Part shown: positions 20,265 through 29,561 of the stretch, piece after piece | Numbering within the stretch: the stretch's first letter is position 1 | Layout of the letters: every line of letters starts with the position of its first letter | Origin: an uncultured Desulfobacter sp. | GTDB taxonomy: Bacteria > Desulfobacterota > Desulfobacteria > Desulfobacterales > Desulfobacteraceae | NCBI GenBank assembly: GCA_963665095.1 | Contig: OY762069.1 | Coordinates: 6,720,001-6,784,000, forward strand | Reading direction: 5' to 3' | DNA length: 64,000 nt | Made by a program: the position numbers and the translations under genes | The notes under the pieces: generated by a model | Databases searched by the model: none | Seen by the model: the letters and a program-made list of their open reading frames with translations, nothing else | Told to the model about the DNA's origin: nothing

Positions 20265-21476
20265 TTATTCTGTTCCGTTTTTCAGCAGGCGAAGATCCCG
20301 TTTTACAATAATTCCCTTGGCCAGTTTCCCCAACACCCGGGTTCGGGCCAGGGGCTGATTTTTATGGGCCAGCAGTTCCTGGTTCAGCTCATCCCGGTCT
20401 GCCGGGGGTGGGGCCTGCCCCTGCCTGGGAACAAGTGAAAGAGCGCCCGGCCTGCAGGCGGCAACGCACTGGCCACAGCCGATGCAGCGGTCCGGATCAA
20501 TGAACGGCCCTGTTTTTTTCTTTTGTTCATTGGTTTGTTCGGGAAAGGACAGGGCCTTGACAGGACATTTACCTGCACATTGTCCGCAGGCCACGCACGT
20601 GTCAGGGGATAGAACCACCTTGAACCCTGTCTCCCAGAAATCCAGGGGCAGGGGTAGTTCCTTGTGCAGGCTGAGCATGGAACAGCAGCAGCCGCAGCAG
20701 GCGCATAAGAATTCAAGCTTCCGGGTGTTGGAGGGCTGGAGGACCAGGCCCTCTTCCTGGTTTTGGGTGATGATTTCCAAAACTTGGGTTTTTGTTATCT
20801 GCCGGCCTAATTGCATTTTGATCAGGGTCTGGGCAATGCTGCCCATGGCCAGGCAGGTCTCCTCCCGGCTGGTTTGGCTGCAAAGCTCTCCCTGCAGTGC
20901 TTTCTTTTTCCTGCAGATGCATGGCAGCACCACAAACGGCGGCTCTGCCTTTTCAAGAAGAAAAAGGATCCGGTCATATTCTGCCACCGGCAGGTCCGGG
21001 ACAATACTTTTATTGACGGGGATTGTCCGCATTTGTGACCGGCCAGTGCCCAAAAATGAAATGCCAAACCGTTTTGTTGAGGTGTAGGCCTTGAAATCCC
21101 GGATAAATTCCGGTGTGAGACGGTCAACCTGAAGTTCGTAGATTCCTACCACCAAAGGAACGGTGGCATAAACATCCCGGTTGTTATTCCGGTGGTATTC
21201 AATGCCCCCTTTTTTGACCATGGCTGTGAGATGCGTTTTTAAAGCGTCCTTTGACGGAACCATATGACCAGCCTGATCAAAAATTGCGTCCACGGGCTGA
21301 GGCTCATGGTTCAGGCAGGTGGCGATCCTAGCCTCAACAGGAGAGAAAACATGCTTGAGCAGCCGGATGTCCGAACCATCGGCAGCCGCTGGAAATCCTA
21401 CCGGCTGCCGGTCCAGGTGCTGCTGCAGCTTTCTGTAGGGGAGGTCTTCCGGGGGTGTGGGTATGGGTTTTTTCAT
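20265..21476 (-). CDS. 4Fe-4S dicluster domain protein
   Basis: CVACGQCAGKCP and CIGCGQCVAACR ferredoxin motifs, plus PCICR and CACCGCCC clusters. Confidence 0.85.
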   Translation of the reverse strand: MKKPIPTPPEDLPYRKLQQHLDRQPVGFPAAADGSDIRLLKHVFSPVEARIATCLNHEPQPVDAIFDQAGHMVPSKDALKTHLTAMVKKGGIEYHRNNNRDVYATVPLVVGIYELQVDRLTPEFIRDFKAYTSTKRFGISFLGTGRSQMRTIPVNKSIVPDLPVAEYDRILFLLEKAEPPFVVLPCICRKKKALQGELCSQTSREETCLAMGSIAQTLIKMQLGRQITKTQVLEIITQNQEEGLVLQPSNTRKLEFLCACCGCCCSMLSLHKELPLPLDFWETGFKVVLSPDTCVACGQCAGKCPVKALSFPEQTNEQKKKTGPFIDPDRCIGCGQCVAACRPGALSLVPRQGQAPPPADRDELNQELLAHKNQPLARTRVLGKLAKGIIVKRDLRLLKNGTE

Positions 21477-21792
21477 GAATTTGTGATATGCGATTTCCAA
21501 TGGCCTGTCAATGGGAGGAAAATGGATATTATTTCAGGGCGTATCGTTTTTGTGTAAAATGCCGGCTGTTAATTGAGCCAGTGAATTTATAGCAAAAAAA
21601 ATATCCCTTAGAAAACGAGGCCCTTTGATGTTGAAATATATGTTGGACACCCATATCGTATTTATGTGATGATGCATGGACCAGTTGACCTGCCAGGTAT
21701 TTTTAATGCAGACATCTTTTTGCTTTAACTTATAGAGATGCTTGAATAAAATTAGAGCGGCGTGAATAAAAAACAATCATCAAAGGGAATCC

Positions 21793-22023
21793 ATGGTAAT
21801 TTTTGGAAAAAATGGCTTTGTGCGCAGGCAGGAGATAGGGTTTGCCAAAAAATTGCTTGTCTGGAAGTATGAAAAGTCCGGCATGGTTGCGCCTGACGAG
21901 GCGGATATTTCTGCGCATGCCCAAAGAATTGTTGAACAGGCCCATGTCATCGCGAAAAATACCGGCAGCAATGTGTTTGAAATTTTAAAAGAGAGTGTCA
22001 AAGAGATTAAAAATAAAGGGTAA
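21793..22023 (+). CDS. Hypothetical protein (76 aa)
   Basis: AAGGGA RBS; ends 14 nt before the DAHP synthase gene, so probably the first gene of that operon. Confidence 0.6.
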   Translation: MVIFGKNGFVRRQEIGFAKKLLVWKYEKSGMVAPDEADISAHAQRIVEQAHVIAKNTGSNVFEILKESVKEIKNKG

Positions 22024-22037
22024 AACGGAAACAGAAC

Positions 22038-23399
22038 ATGACAACGAACAGCAAAATCACGCAATCTGGATGGACAAAATCAGGATGGAAAAATTATACA
22101 GCCCTTCAGCAGCCCAACTGGCCGGATCTTAAAGAGTTGGAAAAAGTCAGTCAAGATCTGGCCCTGCTGCCGCCGCTGGTGTTTGCCGGAGAAATACGAA
22201 CGTTAAAAGAGTTGCTGGCCAAAGCCTCAAAAGGGGAAGCGTTTCTGCTCCAGGGAGGGGACTGTTCAGAGGATTTTTCTGAAGTCACAGCGCCCACCAT
22301 CAGGGAAACCATGAAGGTGCTGCTGCAGATGGCCGTTGTCATGACCTATGCCGGTGGGAAACCTGCCATTAAAGTGGGCCGGATTGCAGGACAGTTTGCC
22401 AAGCCCCGTTCGTCGGATACGGAAACTGTGGATGGTGTTGAACTGCCGTCCTATCGTGGGGACATGGTAAACAAAAGCGAACCCACCATGAGTGCCCGTA
22501 CACCCAATCCCAAATATATGCTCAAAGGGTATTATATGGCCGCTGCCACCCTGAATCTTTTGCGGGCATTTACCCGGGGCGGTTACGCAGCCCTTCACCG
22601 GGTTCAGGCCTGGAACCAGGAGTTTGTGGCGCAATCCCCCATGGGTCGGTCCTACGACCGCCTGGCCAAACAGATTGACCAGGCCATCCGGTTCATGAAC
22701 ACCATCGGGATTCCCACAGATATTCCCCAGGTCAATCAGACCCAGATTTTCACCTCCCACGAAGCCCTGTTGCTGCCCTATGAAGAGGCCTTGACCCGGG
22801 TGGATTCCACCACCGGAGACTGGTATGACTGTTCCGCCCACATGCTCTGGATCGGAGAGCGGACCCGGCAGGTGGACGGGGCCCATGTGGCGTTTTTAAA
22901 AGGGGTGCTCAATCCCATTGGGGTCAAGATCGGTCCGGATCACGATATCGACAATATCAAACAGCTCATTGAAATACTCAATCCTGAAAACGAGCCCGGA
23001 AGACTGACCCTGATCACCCGGATGGGCTGTGATCATATTGAAAACAGACTGCCTCCTCTGCTCAGGGAGATCAAAAAAACAGGGGCTCATGTGGTGTGGA
23101 ACTGCGACCCCATGCATGCCAATACCTATACATCGGATTCCGGTCACAAGACCCGGGATTTTAATAATATTTTAATGGAGATCACCCGGTTCTTTGAGAT
23201 TCACTGGGCGGAAGGCACGATCCCTGGCGGTGTTCATCTTGAAATGACTGGCAAAAATGTCACCGAATGTGTGGGTGGCGCCAGAAACATTGTCAGTGAA
23301 GAGCTTCACAGCCGGTATGATACCACCTGTGACCCCCGGCTTAACGCGGAGCAGAGCCTTGAGGTGGCATTCCAGATCGCTGACATGATCAGGCGTTAA
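22038..23399 (+). CDS. Class II 3-deoxy-7-phosphoheptulonate (DAHP) synthase
   Basis: FLLQGGDCSE, KVGRIAGQFAKPRS, SHEALLL.YE, WIGERTRQ, CDPMH, CDPRLN. Confidence 0.95.
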   Translation: MTTNSKITQSGWTKSGWKNYTALQQPNWPDLKELEKVSQDLALLPPLVFAGEIRTLKELLAKASKGEAFLLQGGDCSEDFSEVTAPTIRETMKVLLQMAVVMTYAGGKPAIKVGRIAGQFAKPRSSDTETVDGVELPSYRGDMVNKSEPTMSARTPNPKYMLKGYYMAAATLNLLRAFTRGGYAALHRVQAWNQEFVAQSPMGRSYDRLAKQIDQAIRFMNTIGIPTDIPQVNQTQIFTSHEALLLPYEEALTRVDSTTGDWYDCSAHMLWIGERTRQVDGAHVAFLKGVLNPIGVKIGPDHDIDNIKQLIEILNPENEPGRLTLITRMGCDHIENRLPPLLREIKKTGAHVVWNCDPMHANTYTSDSGHKTRDFNNILMEITRFFEIHWAEGTIPGGVHLEMTGKNVTECVGGARNIVSEELHSRYDTTCDPRLNAEQSLEVAFQIADMIRR

Positions 23400-23413
23400 T
23401 TGAAAAAGGACAT

Positions 23414-24208
23414 ATGATTACGGAAAAGAAATTTAAAGCAGGGGCTGTGCAGTTTGATGTGAAGAACGGGGATGTCCCGGGAAATCTTTCAACTGCACTT
23501 GAGTATCTGGGGCATCTCGCAGATCAGGGGGCAAGCCTTGGGGTCTGTCCGGAGTTCTTTTTAACCGGGTTTGATAATGAAAATATGGCGCAGCTCATGC
23601 CGGCTGTGGAAGAGGGGCTTCAACAGCTTTCCCGGTTCGCCCGCAAGCGTTCCATGGCTGTTGCCGGAAGTCTGCCGGAGCAGAAGGACGGGCAGATATT
23701 TAATACCCTTTATTTTATTGACCGGGATGGAGAGATTAAAGCACGCTACCGGAAACTGCATCTGTTCCCTTTGACCGGGGAGGACCAGTATTATGCCCGG
23801 GGGGATGAGATGGTAACGGCAGATACCAGTTTGGGCTGCATCGGAATTATGATCTGTTATGACTTACGTTTTCCGGAGCTGGCCCGGCACCTTTATCTTG
23901 ACGGGGCAACGCTTTTTGTGGTCAGTGCCCAATGGCCCCTTGCCAGGGTGGCGCACTGGCAGGCCCTGATCCGGGCCCGGGCCATTGAAAACCAGTGTTG
24001 GTTTGTCTGCAGCGACCGTACCGGCATTGATCCGGACGGGCTTGAGTTTCCGGGCAGTTCCATGATTGTGGATCCGGATGGTAATGTGCTTGCCCAAGGG
24101 GATGATGCTTCCGGGGTGATCATAGCGGATATTGATATGGATCTGGTGAATCAGGTACGGGCCACCATTCCGGTGGGCCGGGACCGCAGGAATGATATAT
24201 ATGGATAA
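23414..24208 (+). CDS. Carbon-nitrogen hydrolase (nitrilase superfamily)
   Basis: PE, YRKLHLF and ICYDLRFPE catalytic triad; RARAIENQ. Confidence 0.92.
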   Translation: MITEKKFKAGAVQFDVKNGDVPGNLSTALEYLGHLADQGASLGVCPEFFLTGFDNENMAQLMPAVEEGLQQLSRFARKRSMAVAGSLPEQKDGQIFNTLYFIDRDGEIKARYRKLHLFPLTGEDQYYARGDEMVTADTSLGCIGIMICYDLRFPELARHLYLDGATLFVVSAQWPLARVAHWQALIRARAIENQCWFVCSDRTGIDPDGLEFPGSSMIVDPDGNVLAQGDDASGVIIADIDMDLVNQVRATIPVGRDRRNDIYG

Positions 24209-24701
24209 AACACAGAGTGGAAAAATAGTCAGTCTTGATGAAATGTGCCGGCTCTCCCATGAGTACAGATCCGCAGGCCAGACCGTGGTGTTTACCAACG
24301 GCTGTTTTGATATCCTTCATGCAGGGCATGTGGCCTATCTTGAACAGGCAAGATCCTTTGGGAATGTGCTGGTGCTTGGGTTGAATTCAGATGCTTCCAT
24401 TCACGGGATCAAGGGGGAACTGCGGCCCGTGATCTGCCAGGAACAACGGGCACGGGTGGTGGCCGCTCTTGCCTGTGTGGGGCATGTGGTGTTGTTTGAT
24501 GCGCCGGATCCAGGGGATATGATCCGGGTGATTGCGCCCCATGTTCTGGTCAAGGGGGCGGACTGGCCCGAAGATAAAATCATTGGGGCGGAATTTGTGA
24601 AAAGCTACGGGGGGCGGGTGGAACGTATCGCCTTTGAAGAGGATATCTCCACCACCCGGATTATCGAGCGCATTGGGAAACGGTTTTATGGCGGTGCCTG
24701 A
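24201..24701 (+). CDS. rfaE2: D-glycero-beta-D-manno-heptose 1-phosphate adenylyltransferase
   Basis: FTNGCFDILHAGH, GLNSD.S...KG..RP, LVKGADW, STT.II. Confidence 0.92.
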   Translation: MDKTQSGKIVSLDEMCRLSHEYRSAGQTVVFTNGCFDILHAGHVAYLEQARSFGNVLVLGLNSDASIHGIKGELRPVICQEQRARVVAALACVGHVVLFDAPDPGDMIRVIAPHVLVKGADWPEDKIIGAEFVKSYGGRVERIAFEEDISTTRIIERIGKRFYGGA

Positions 24702-25473
24702 TCCTCTGGTCTTCAGTTGTCTGAGCGCTTTTCCTGAGCTGGTACACGGGGTGTTCCCGAGAACCGGCGGCCACAGCCAGGGTGTTTATGCCGGGTTAAA
24801 CTTAGGGTTAAGTACCGGGGATGACCGAGATATTGTGCATCAGAACCGGGTCGACGTGCTGGCAAGCCTGGGGCTGTCCCGGGCACTGTTTTTAAGCCAG
24901 GTGCATGGCAGTGAAATCCTTGTGGTGAGATCCGAGGCTGATGTGGCCGGCGGCCTGTGGACAGGGCAGGGGGCGCAACCGTCACGTGCTTTTACCGCGG
25001 ACGGCGTGGTGTCAAATGTAAAGGGCCTGGGTTTTGTCATCCAGGTGGCAGACTGTCAGGCTGTGGTGATGTATGATCCTGAAAAACAGGTGATCGCCAA
25101 TGTGCATTCAGGCTGGCGGGGTTCGGTGGCCAATATCCTTGGCAGATGCGTTAAGGTTATGGTAAGGACGTTTGGATGCAGGCCTGAGAATATCCGGGCT
25201 GGGGTTTCCCCTTCTCTTGGTCCGTGCTGTGCTGAATTTATCAATTATGAGAAGGAGATCCCGGAAGTCCTGTGGCCGTATAAAATTGATGGCCGCTTCC
25301 TGTTTGATTTCTGGCGGATGTCAGGGGATCAGCTTACGGCCTGCGGCGTGCAAAAGAGACATATTGAGATCATGGGGCTTTGCACAAAATGCAGTACGGA
25401 CTTGTTTTACTCCTACCGGGCTGACAAGGTGACCGGGCGGTTTGGATCCGCCATTGCATTGAAAGATAAATAA
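24688..25473 (+). CDS. pgeF: YfiH/PgeF family protein
   Basis: R.GG.S...Y..LN, QVHG, VADC, HSGWRG, CT.C...FYSYR. Confidence 0.9.
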   Translation: MAVPDPLVFSCLSAFPELVHGVFPRTGGHSQGVYAGLNLGLSTGDDRDIVHQNRVDVLASLGLSRALFLSQVHGSEILVVRSEADVAGGLWTGQGAQPSRAFTADGVVSNVKGLGFVIQVADCQAVVMYDPEKQVIANVHSGWRGSVANILGRCVKVMVRTFGCRPENIRAGVSPSLGPCCAEFINYEKEIPEVLWPYKIDGRFLFDFWRMSGDQLTACGVQKRHIEIMGLCTKCSTDLFYSYRADKVTGRFGSAIALKDK

Positions 25474-25485
25474 GGACAAGAAATT

Positions 25486-26535
25486 ATGGATAAGCTGGAA
25501 CCGGTTTTTTTAACCCGTACAGTAAAAGCTGCCGGTTGAGCAGCCAAACTGGATCCGGGGGCCCTGGATAAAATTGTGTCAAAACTGGAACTGCCGTCTC
25601 ATCCCGATCTTGTTATCGGGCTTGAACATCCGGATGATGCCGGCGTTTTCCGGCTCAGTGCCGACTCAGCCCTGGTGCAGACCCTTGATTTTCTGACACC
25701 GGTGGCGGATGATCCGTACGAGTTCGGACAGATAGCTGCGGCCAATTCCCTTTCCGATGTATATGCCATGGGCGGCACTCCTGTCACCGTGATGAATATT
25801 GTCTGTTTTCCGTCATGCGACCTTAAAAAAGGTATTCTTCCCCGAATTCTGGAGGGGGGGCTGGATAAAATCAAGGAGTCCGGCGCCGCCCTGGTGGGTG
25901 GTCATTCCGTGGATGACCCTGAGATCAAGTACGGGCTTTCCGTCACAGGCCTTGTCCACCCGGACCGTGTCTGGGCCAACAGCCGGGCCAGGGCGGGGGA
26001 TGTCATTCTTCTGACCAAACCCATCGGCACCGGTGTCATCTCAACAGCCCTTAAGGGCGGACTTGCCTCACCCGACCAGGTCCGGGCAGCCGTTGAAACC
26101 ATGGCCACCCTGAACAAGTACGCCGCACAGATTGCGCAGAAGTTTGAGATCCATGCCTGCACCGATGTCACAGGATTCGGTCTCGGGGGGCATTTGATCG
26201 AGGCTGCCAAGGGTGCGGGCATGCGCATTGAAATAGAAACCCGGAAAGTAGGCGTACTCGACGGGGTGATCGAGTTTGCATCCATGGGGCTGCTGCCCGG
26301 TGGTGCGCACAAAAACCGGCAGTTTTTTGAGACCCATATCCAGGTGGCCGAAGGCACGGATCCGGTGCTGCGGGATCTGATGTTTGATCCCCAGACATCC
26401 GGCGGGCTTCTGCTTTTCATGCCGGGGGATCAGGCCGTGCAATGTATGGATATCATGGAAAAAAATGGTATCCCGGCAAGGTGTGTCGGAAGCGTCAAAG
26501 GGCCGTATACCAACGGGTTTCTTGATATTGTGTAA
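25486..26535 (+). CDS. selD: Selenide, water dikinase, selenocysteine-containing (UGA at codon 18)
   Basis: MDKLEPVFLTRTVKAAG-UGA-AAKLDPGAL is in frame with the downstream ORF (DDAGV, TLDF, FGQIAAANSLSDVYAMGG, GGHS, TDVTGFGL.GH, DPQTSGGLL). Confidence 0.93.
25553..25569 (+). promoter_or_regulatory. Putative bacterial SECIS hairpin of selD
   Basis: ATCCGGG-GGC-CCTGGAT stem-loop with G in the apical loop, about 13 nt 3' of the in-frame UGA (25537-25539). Confidence 0.6.
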
Positions 26536-26704
26536 ACCTTTTTTTCACGTTGACTTCACCTTTGTCATATGATATTTGCTCTCAAGATAACTTGAAGAAC
26601 AATTTGCCGGGATAGCCAGGACGGAATTGCCAAAATAAAGAGAAAGAATAGTGACCGGCAAACCAGGCTGCCAAAAAAGACGTAAAAATTGCAAGGCGTA
26701 AAAA

Positions 26705-26926
26705 ATGGCAGAGAATAACAAAGGCGGAACCTTTCGTGAGCTGGGATATTTTGCAAGTCTTGGTATATCCGTAGCACTTGCCATTGTTATCGGTCTGGCC
26801 CTGGGATACTGGCTGGACACCATATTTGATACAAAACCTGTACTTTTGATGGTCGGACTCGGGTTCGGCATAGCTGCCGGATTCAGCAACATTATCCGGG
26901 CCGGGAAAAAAGCGGAAAAATATTGA
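26705..26926 (+). CDS. AtpZ/AtpI-family ATP synthase accessory protein
   Basis: G..LGYWLD..F.T.P....GL..GIAAGF motif; heads the atp cluster. Confidence 0.85.
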   Translation: MAENNKGGTFRELGYFASLGISVALAIVIGLALGYWLDTIFDTKPVLLMVGLGFGIAAGFSNIIRAGKKAEKY

Positions 26927-27327
26927 TGGAAGATCTTGAGAAAATAGTTAATTTTATCACTCGGACCAACTGGCTGCTCTTTCTGGGATCTAGCCTTGTC
27001 GCCTTGTTACTTGCCTCGGAGAAAGTCTATCTCGGCGTGTTTCTGGGTGGTCTGATCGTGACGATTAATTTTCATGTTCTCAAAAATACAGTGACCAAGA
27101 ATATTAACCAGCAGCGGGTGCTGGAAAAAGGGAGGTCCCTGATCGGCAGTCTTCTGGTGAAATACTATTTACGGTTTACATTGACGGCAGTGATTATTTT
27201 TCTGCTGATTGCAAACCACAGTGTTCATCCGGCAGGACTCCTGGCAGGCCTTTCCGTTGTAGTAGCAAGTACGTTTATAGCAGCGGCGATTGAATTAACC
27301 AAGATTATATTCAAGGAGGCGGTTTAA
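26926..27327 (+). CDS. atpI: ATP synthase subunit I
   Basis: Four TM segments, Y.LRF motif, located before atpB. Confidence 0.8.
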   Translation: MEDLEKIVNFITRTNWLLFLGSSLVALLLASEKVYLGVFLGGLIVTINFHVLKNTVTKNINQQRVLEKGRSLIGSLLVKYYLRFTLTAVIIFLLIANHSVHPAGLLAGLSVVVASTFIAAAIELTKIIFKEAV

Positions 27328-27328
27328 G

Positions 27329-28018
27329 GTGGAACATCCATATCTATTTCTAACTTCGTTGTTTGGACTGTTTGGACTGGAAGACTGGGCAGGCGCACAT
27401 GCCCATGTTACCTACATGTGGCTGGCAATGATTATTCTTGTCATTCTGGGATGGATCGGCGGCAAAAGTGTTGGCCTGGTCCCCAAAACAGTTCAGAATG
27501 TTTTTGAAGTCATTATCTCCGGGCTCGAGGAGTTTATGGTTGGTATCACCGGCGAAGAGGGAAGGGATTCCTATCCGCTTCTGCTCACCGTGTTCCTTTT
27601 TGTTCTTTTAGGCAACTTGTTCGGCCTGATCCCGGGATTTTATCCTCCCACAGCCTCCATCAACACCACCGTGGCCCTGGCTGTCATTGTTGTGGGCTGG
27701 AGCCATGTGATCGGTATTAAAAAACACGGTGCCAAATATATCAAACACTTTTTAGGACCTGTACCTGCTCTCATGCCTTTGTTTCTGATCATTGAAGTGA
27801 TCGGGCACCTGGCTCGGGTACTGTCTCTTACCTTGCGTCTTTTTGGAAACATGATGGGCCACGAACTGGTTGTCGGCATTCTGCTGATGCTGGCCGGTCC
27901 CTTCCTGGTACCCCTTCCCATTATGGCAATGGGTATCCTGGTTTCCCTTATTCAGGCCATTGTATTCTTTCTGTTGCCGACCATGTACATCGCCGGCGCC
28001 ATTGAAGAAGCACACTGA
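27329..28018 (+). CDS. atpB: F0 ATP synthase subunit a
   Basis: P...QN.FE, N..GLIPG, SLTLRLFGN (essential Arg), IQA.VF. Confidence 0.95.
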   Translation: MEHPYLFLTSLFGLFGLEDWAGAHAHVTYMWLAMIILVILGWIGGKSVGLVPKTVQNVFEVIISGLEEFMVGITGEEGRDSYPLLLTVFLFVLLGNLFGLIPGFYPPTASINTTVALAVIVVGWSHVIGIKKHGAKYIKHFLGPVPALMPLFLIIEVIGHLARVLSLTLRLFGNMMGHELVVGILLMLAGPFLVPLPIMAMGILVSLIQAIVFFLLPTMYIAGAIEEAH

Positions 28019-28125
28019 TTTATTACTTAGAAGTTTTACGCAATACACGAACGATGTAGGCAGTTTTACGGGATTTTGGAAGAAGCCCGTTAGTTTATAA
28101 CACTTTTTATTAAAGGAGTAATCAC

Positions 28126-28395
28126 ATGGAATTTCTCGTTGGTAGTGTCTGGGCAGCAGGTTTTGCCATTGGCATCGCAGCTTTCGGTTGCGGTATTGGC
28201 CAGGGTCTTGGTTTGAATGGTGCCATGTCTGGTATCTCAAGAAACCCTGAAGCAGCTGGTAAAATCCAGGTTAACATGCTGATCGGTCTGGCTCTGATCG
28301 AATCACTTTGTATCTATGCTCTGGTTGTAGCGATGATCCTTCTGTTCGTTCATCCTGCAATCGGTCCTGCTGTTGCTGCACTTGGCGGACATTGA
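28126..28395 (+). CDS. atpE: F0 ATP synthase subunit c
   Basis: GxGxGxG helix, RNPEA loop, essential Glu in LIESLCIY. Confidence 0.95.
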   Translation: MEFLVGSVWAAGFAIGIAAFGCGIGQGLGLNGAMSGISRNPEAAGKIQVNMLIGLALIESLCIYALVVAMILLFVHPAIGPAVAALGGH

Positions 28396-28430
28396 TCCAC
28401 ACCGCCTGAAGCTTTTAGCATAGTAGTTTA

Positions 28431-28471
28431 AAAAGGGGGGCATCTTCCATTACGGAGGATGCCCCCCTTTT
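28431..28471 (+). terminator. Intrinsic terminator after atpE (bidirectional type)
   Basis: AAAAGGGGGGCATC...GATGCCCCCCTTTT. Confidence 0.85.
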
Positions 28472-28522
28472 GCGTTTTTTAGGAAAGCATCTGTTAGTTG
28501 AAAATGTGATAAATCAAATGAA

Positions 28523-28595
28523 ACCACCAAGAGGATGGAGGACATGAAGATTGAGTCCCCGATCTATATTTTCATGTCTCAGTGCCCGTTGTGGT
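28523..28595. repeat. Degenerate intergenic inverted repeat (REP/MITE-like)
   Basis: ACCACCAAGAGGATGGAGGACATGAA ... TTCATGTCTCAGTGCCCGTTGTGGT; ACCAC/GTGGT ends and GACATGAA/TTCATGTC core. Confidence 0.45.
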
Positions 28596-28788
28596 AAAAT
28601 ATAAAATATTTTGAGTTCAAATATCTGTCCGATGCTGAATTCCACAGAAAATAGGCAGGTCGTTTTAAATCGGGTTCATAAGAAAGGCTTTTCTCTTGCA
28701 TGGCTAAATTGGAACTGGTATTGTTAAATGCCATGTATCATATTTCTTCAATTATATCTCAAATGAGTGAAATCGCGGGGAGAGTTCA

Positions 28789-29196
28789 ATGACTGAGGAT
28801 TCCATAGATTTCCAGCCCATGCCCGGAGAAGAGTCCGAGAGTGGCCCGATTCGTCATTTATTCAGGGTGCCGGTAAGTTTAAATGACGATATACAGGTCA
28901 TCCTCGGCCAGGAAGCATATTCGGTATCCAACCTGTCGGCAACCGGAATCGCCGTAAATGCAAAAACCTGTTTTGATTTTAATTCCGGTCAGATTATAGA
29001 AAATGCTGAACTTAGAATAGAAGATGTTCACCTCACTGGACTGCGTGCCAAGGTGATTCACTGTTCTGTAGATGATTCAGGCAGCTTTCAGTTTGGTATT
29101 CAATGGGTGGATATGAACAGTGATGATCAGAAAACCCTTGACCAAACCCTTGTGCAACTCAAAGCCAGAGCTTTGAAACCTGATGATCTGACTTAA
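28789..29196 (+). CDS. PilZ domain protein
   Basis: RHLFRV (RxxxR) and NLSATG (D/NxSxxG) c-di-GMP-binding motifs; C-terminal GIQW. Confidence 0.85.
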   Translation: MTEDSIDFQPMPGEESESGPIRHLFRVPVSLNDDIQVILGQEAYSVSNLSATGIAVNAKTCFDFNSGQIIENAELRIEDVHLTGLRAKVIHCSVDDSGSFQFGIQWVDMNSDDQKTLDQTLVQLKARALKPDDLT

Positions 29197-29243
29197 GAGT
29201 AGCTCAGATAATCAAATGGTTTCCCAGGAGGGTTAAGAAACGG

Positions 29244-29561
29244 ATGGTTAAGAAAAAAAACGTCATGGAAAGTATCCTTGGTGCCGATGACAAAGAGTTT
29301 GAAGGGTCGGCAAAGGAACTTGACTGCCTGATTTACAAAGGTTCAGTAAAGGATGCTAAACCGGAGCCACCCTCACCATCGTCGTCTCGTTCGTCATGGA
29401 CGGCCTCCAAGGGTAATGTCTCTGTGGAAATATGGGAAGGAAAGGCCAAGATCAAAATTAAGGTCGGCTCGGAGGATTCTACCCATGTCTCCATGCGGAA
29501 ACTGGCAAGTATTGCTGTTGATGCCATCATGGCCGAGTTACAAAAGGAGAATGATCAGTGA
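29244..29561 (+). CDS. Hypothetical protein, putative ParA partner
   Basis: AGGAGG RBS; stop overlaps the ParA start (GTGA); basic N-terminal peptide, Pro/Ser linker, beta-beta-alpha-like C-terminus. Confidence 0.7.
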   Translation: MVKKKNVMESILGADDKEFEGSAKELDCLIYKGSVKDAKPEPPSPSSSRSSWTASKGNVSVEIWEGKAKIKIKVGSEDSTHVSMRKLASIAVDAIMAELQKENDQ

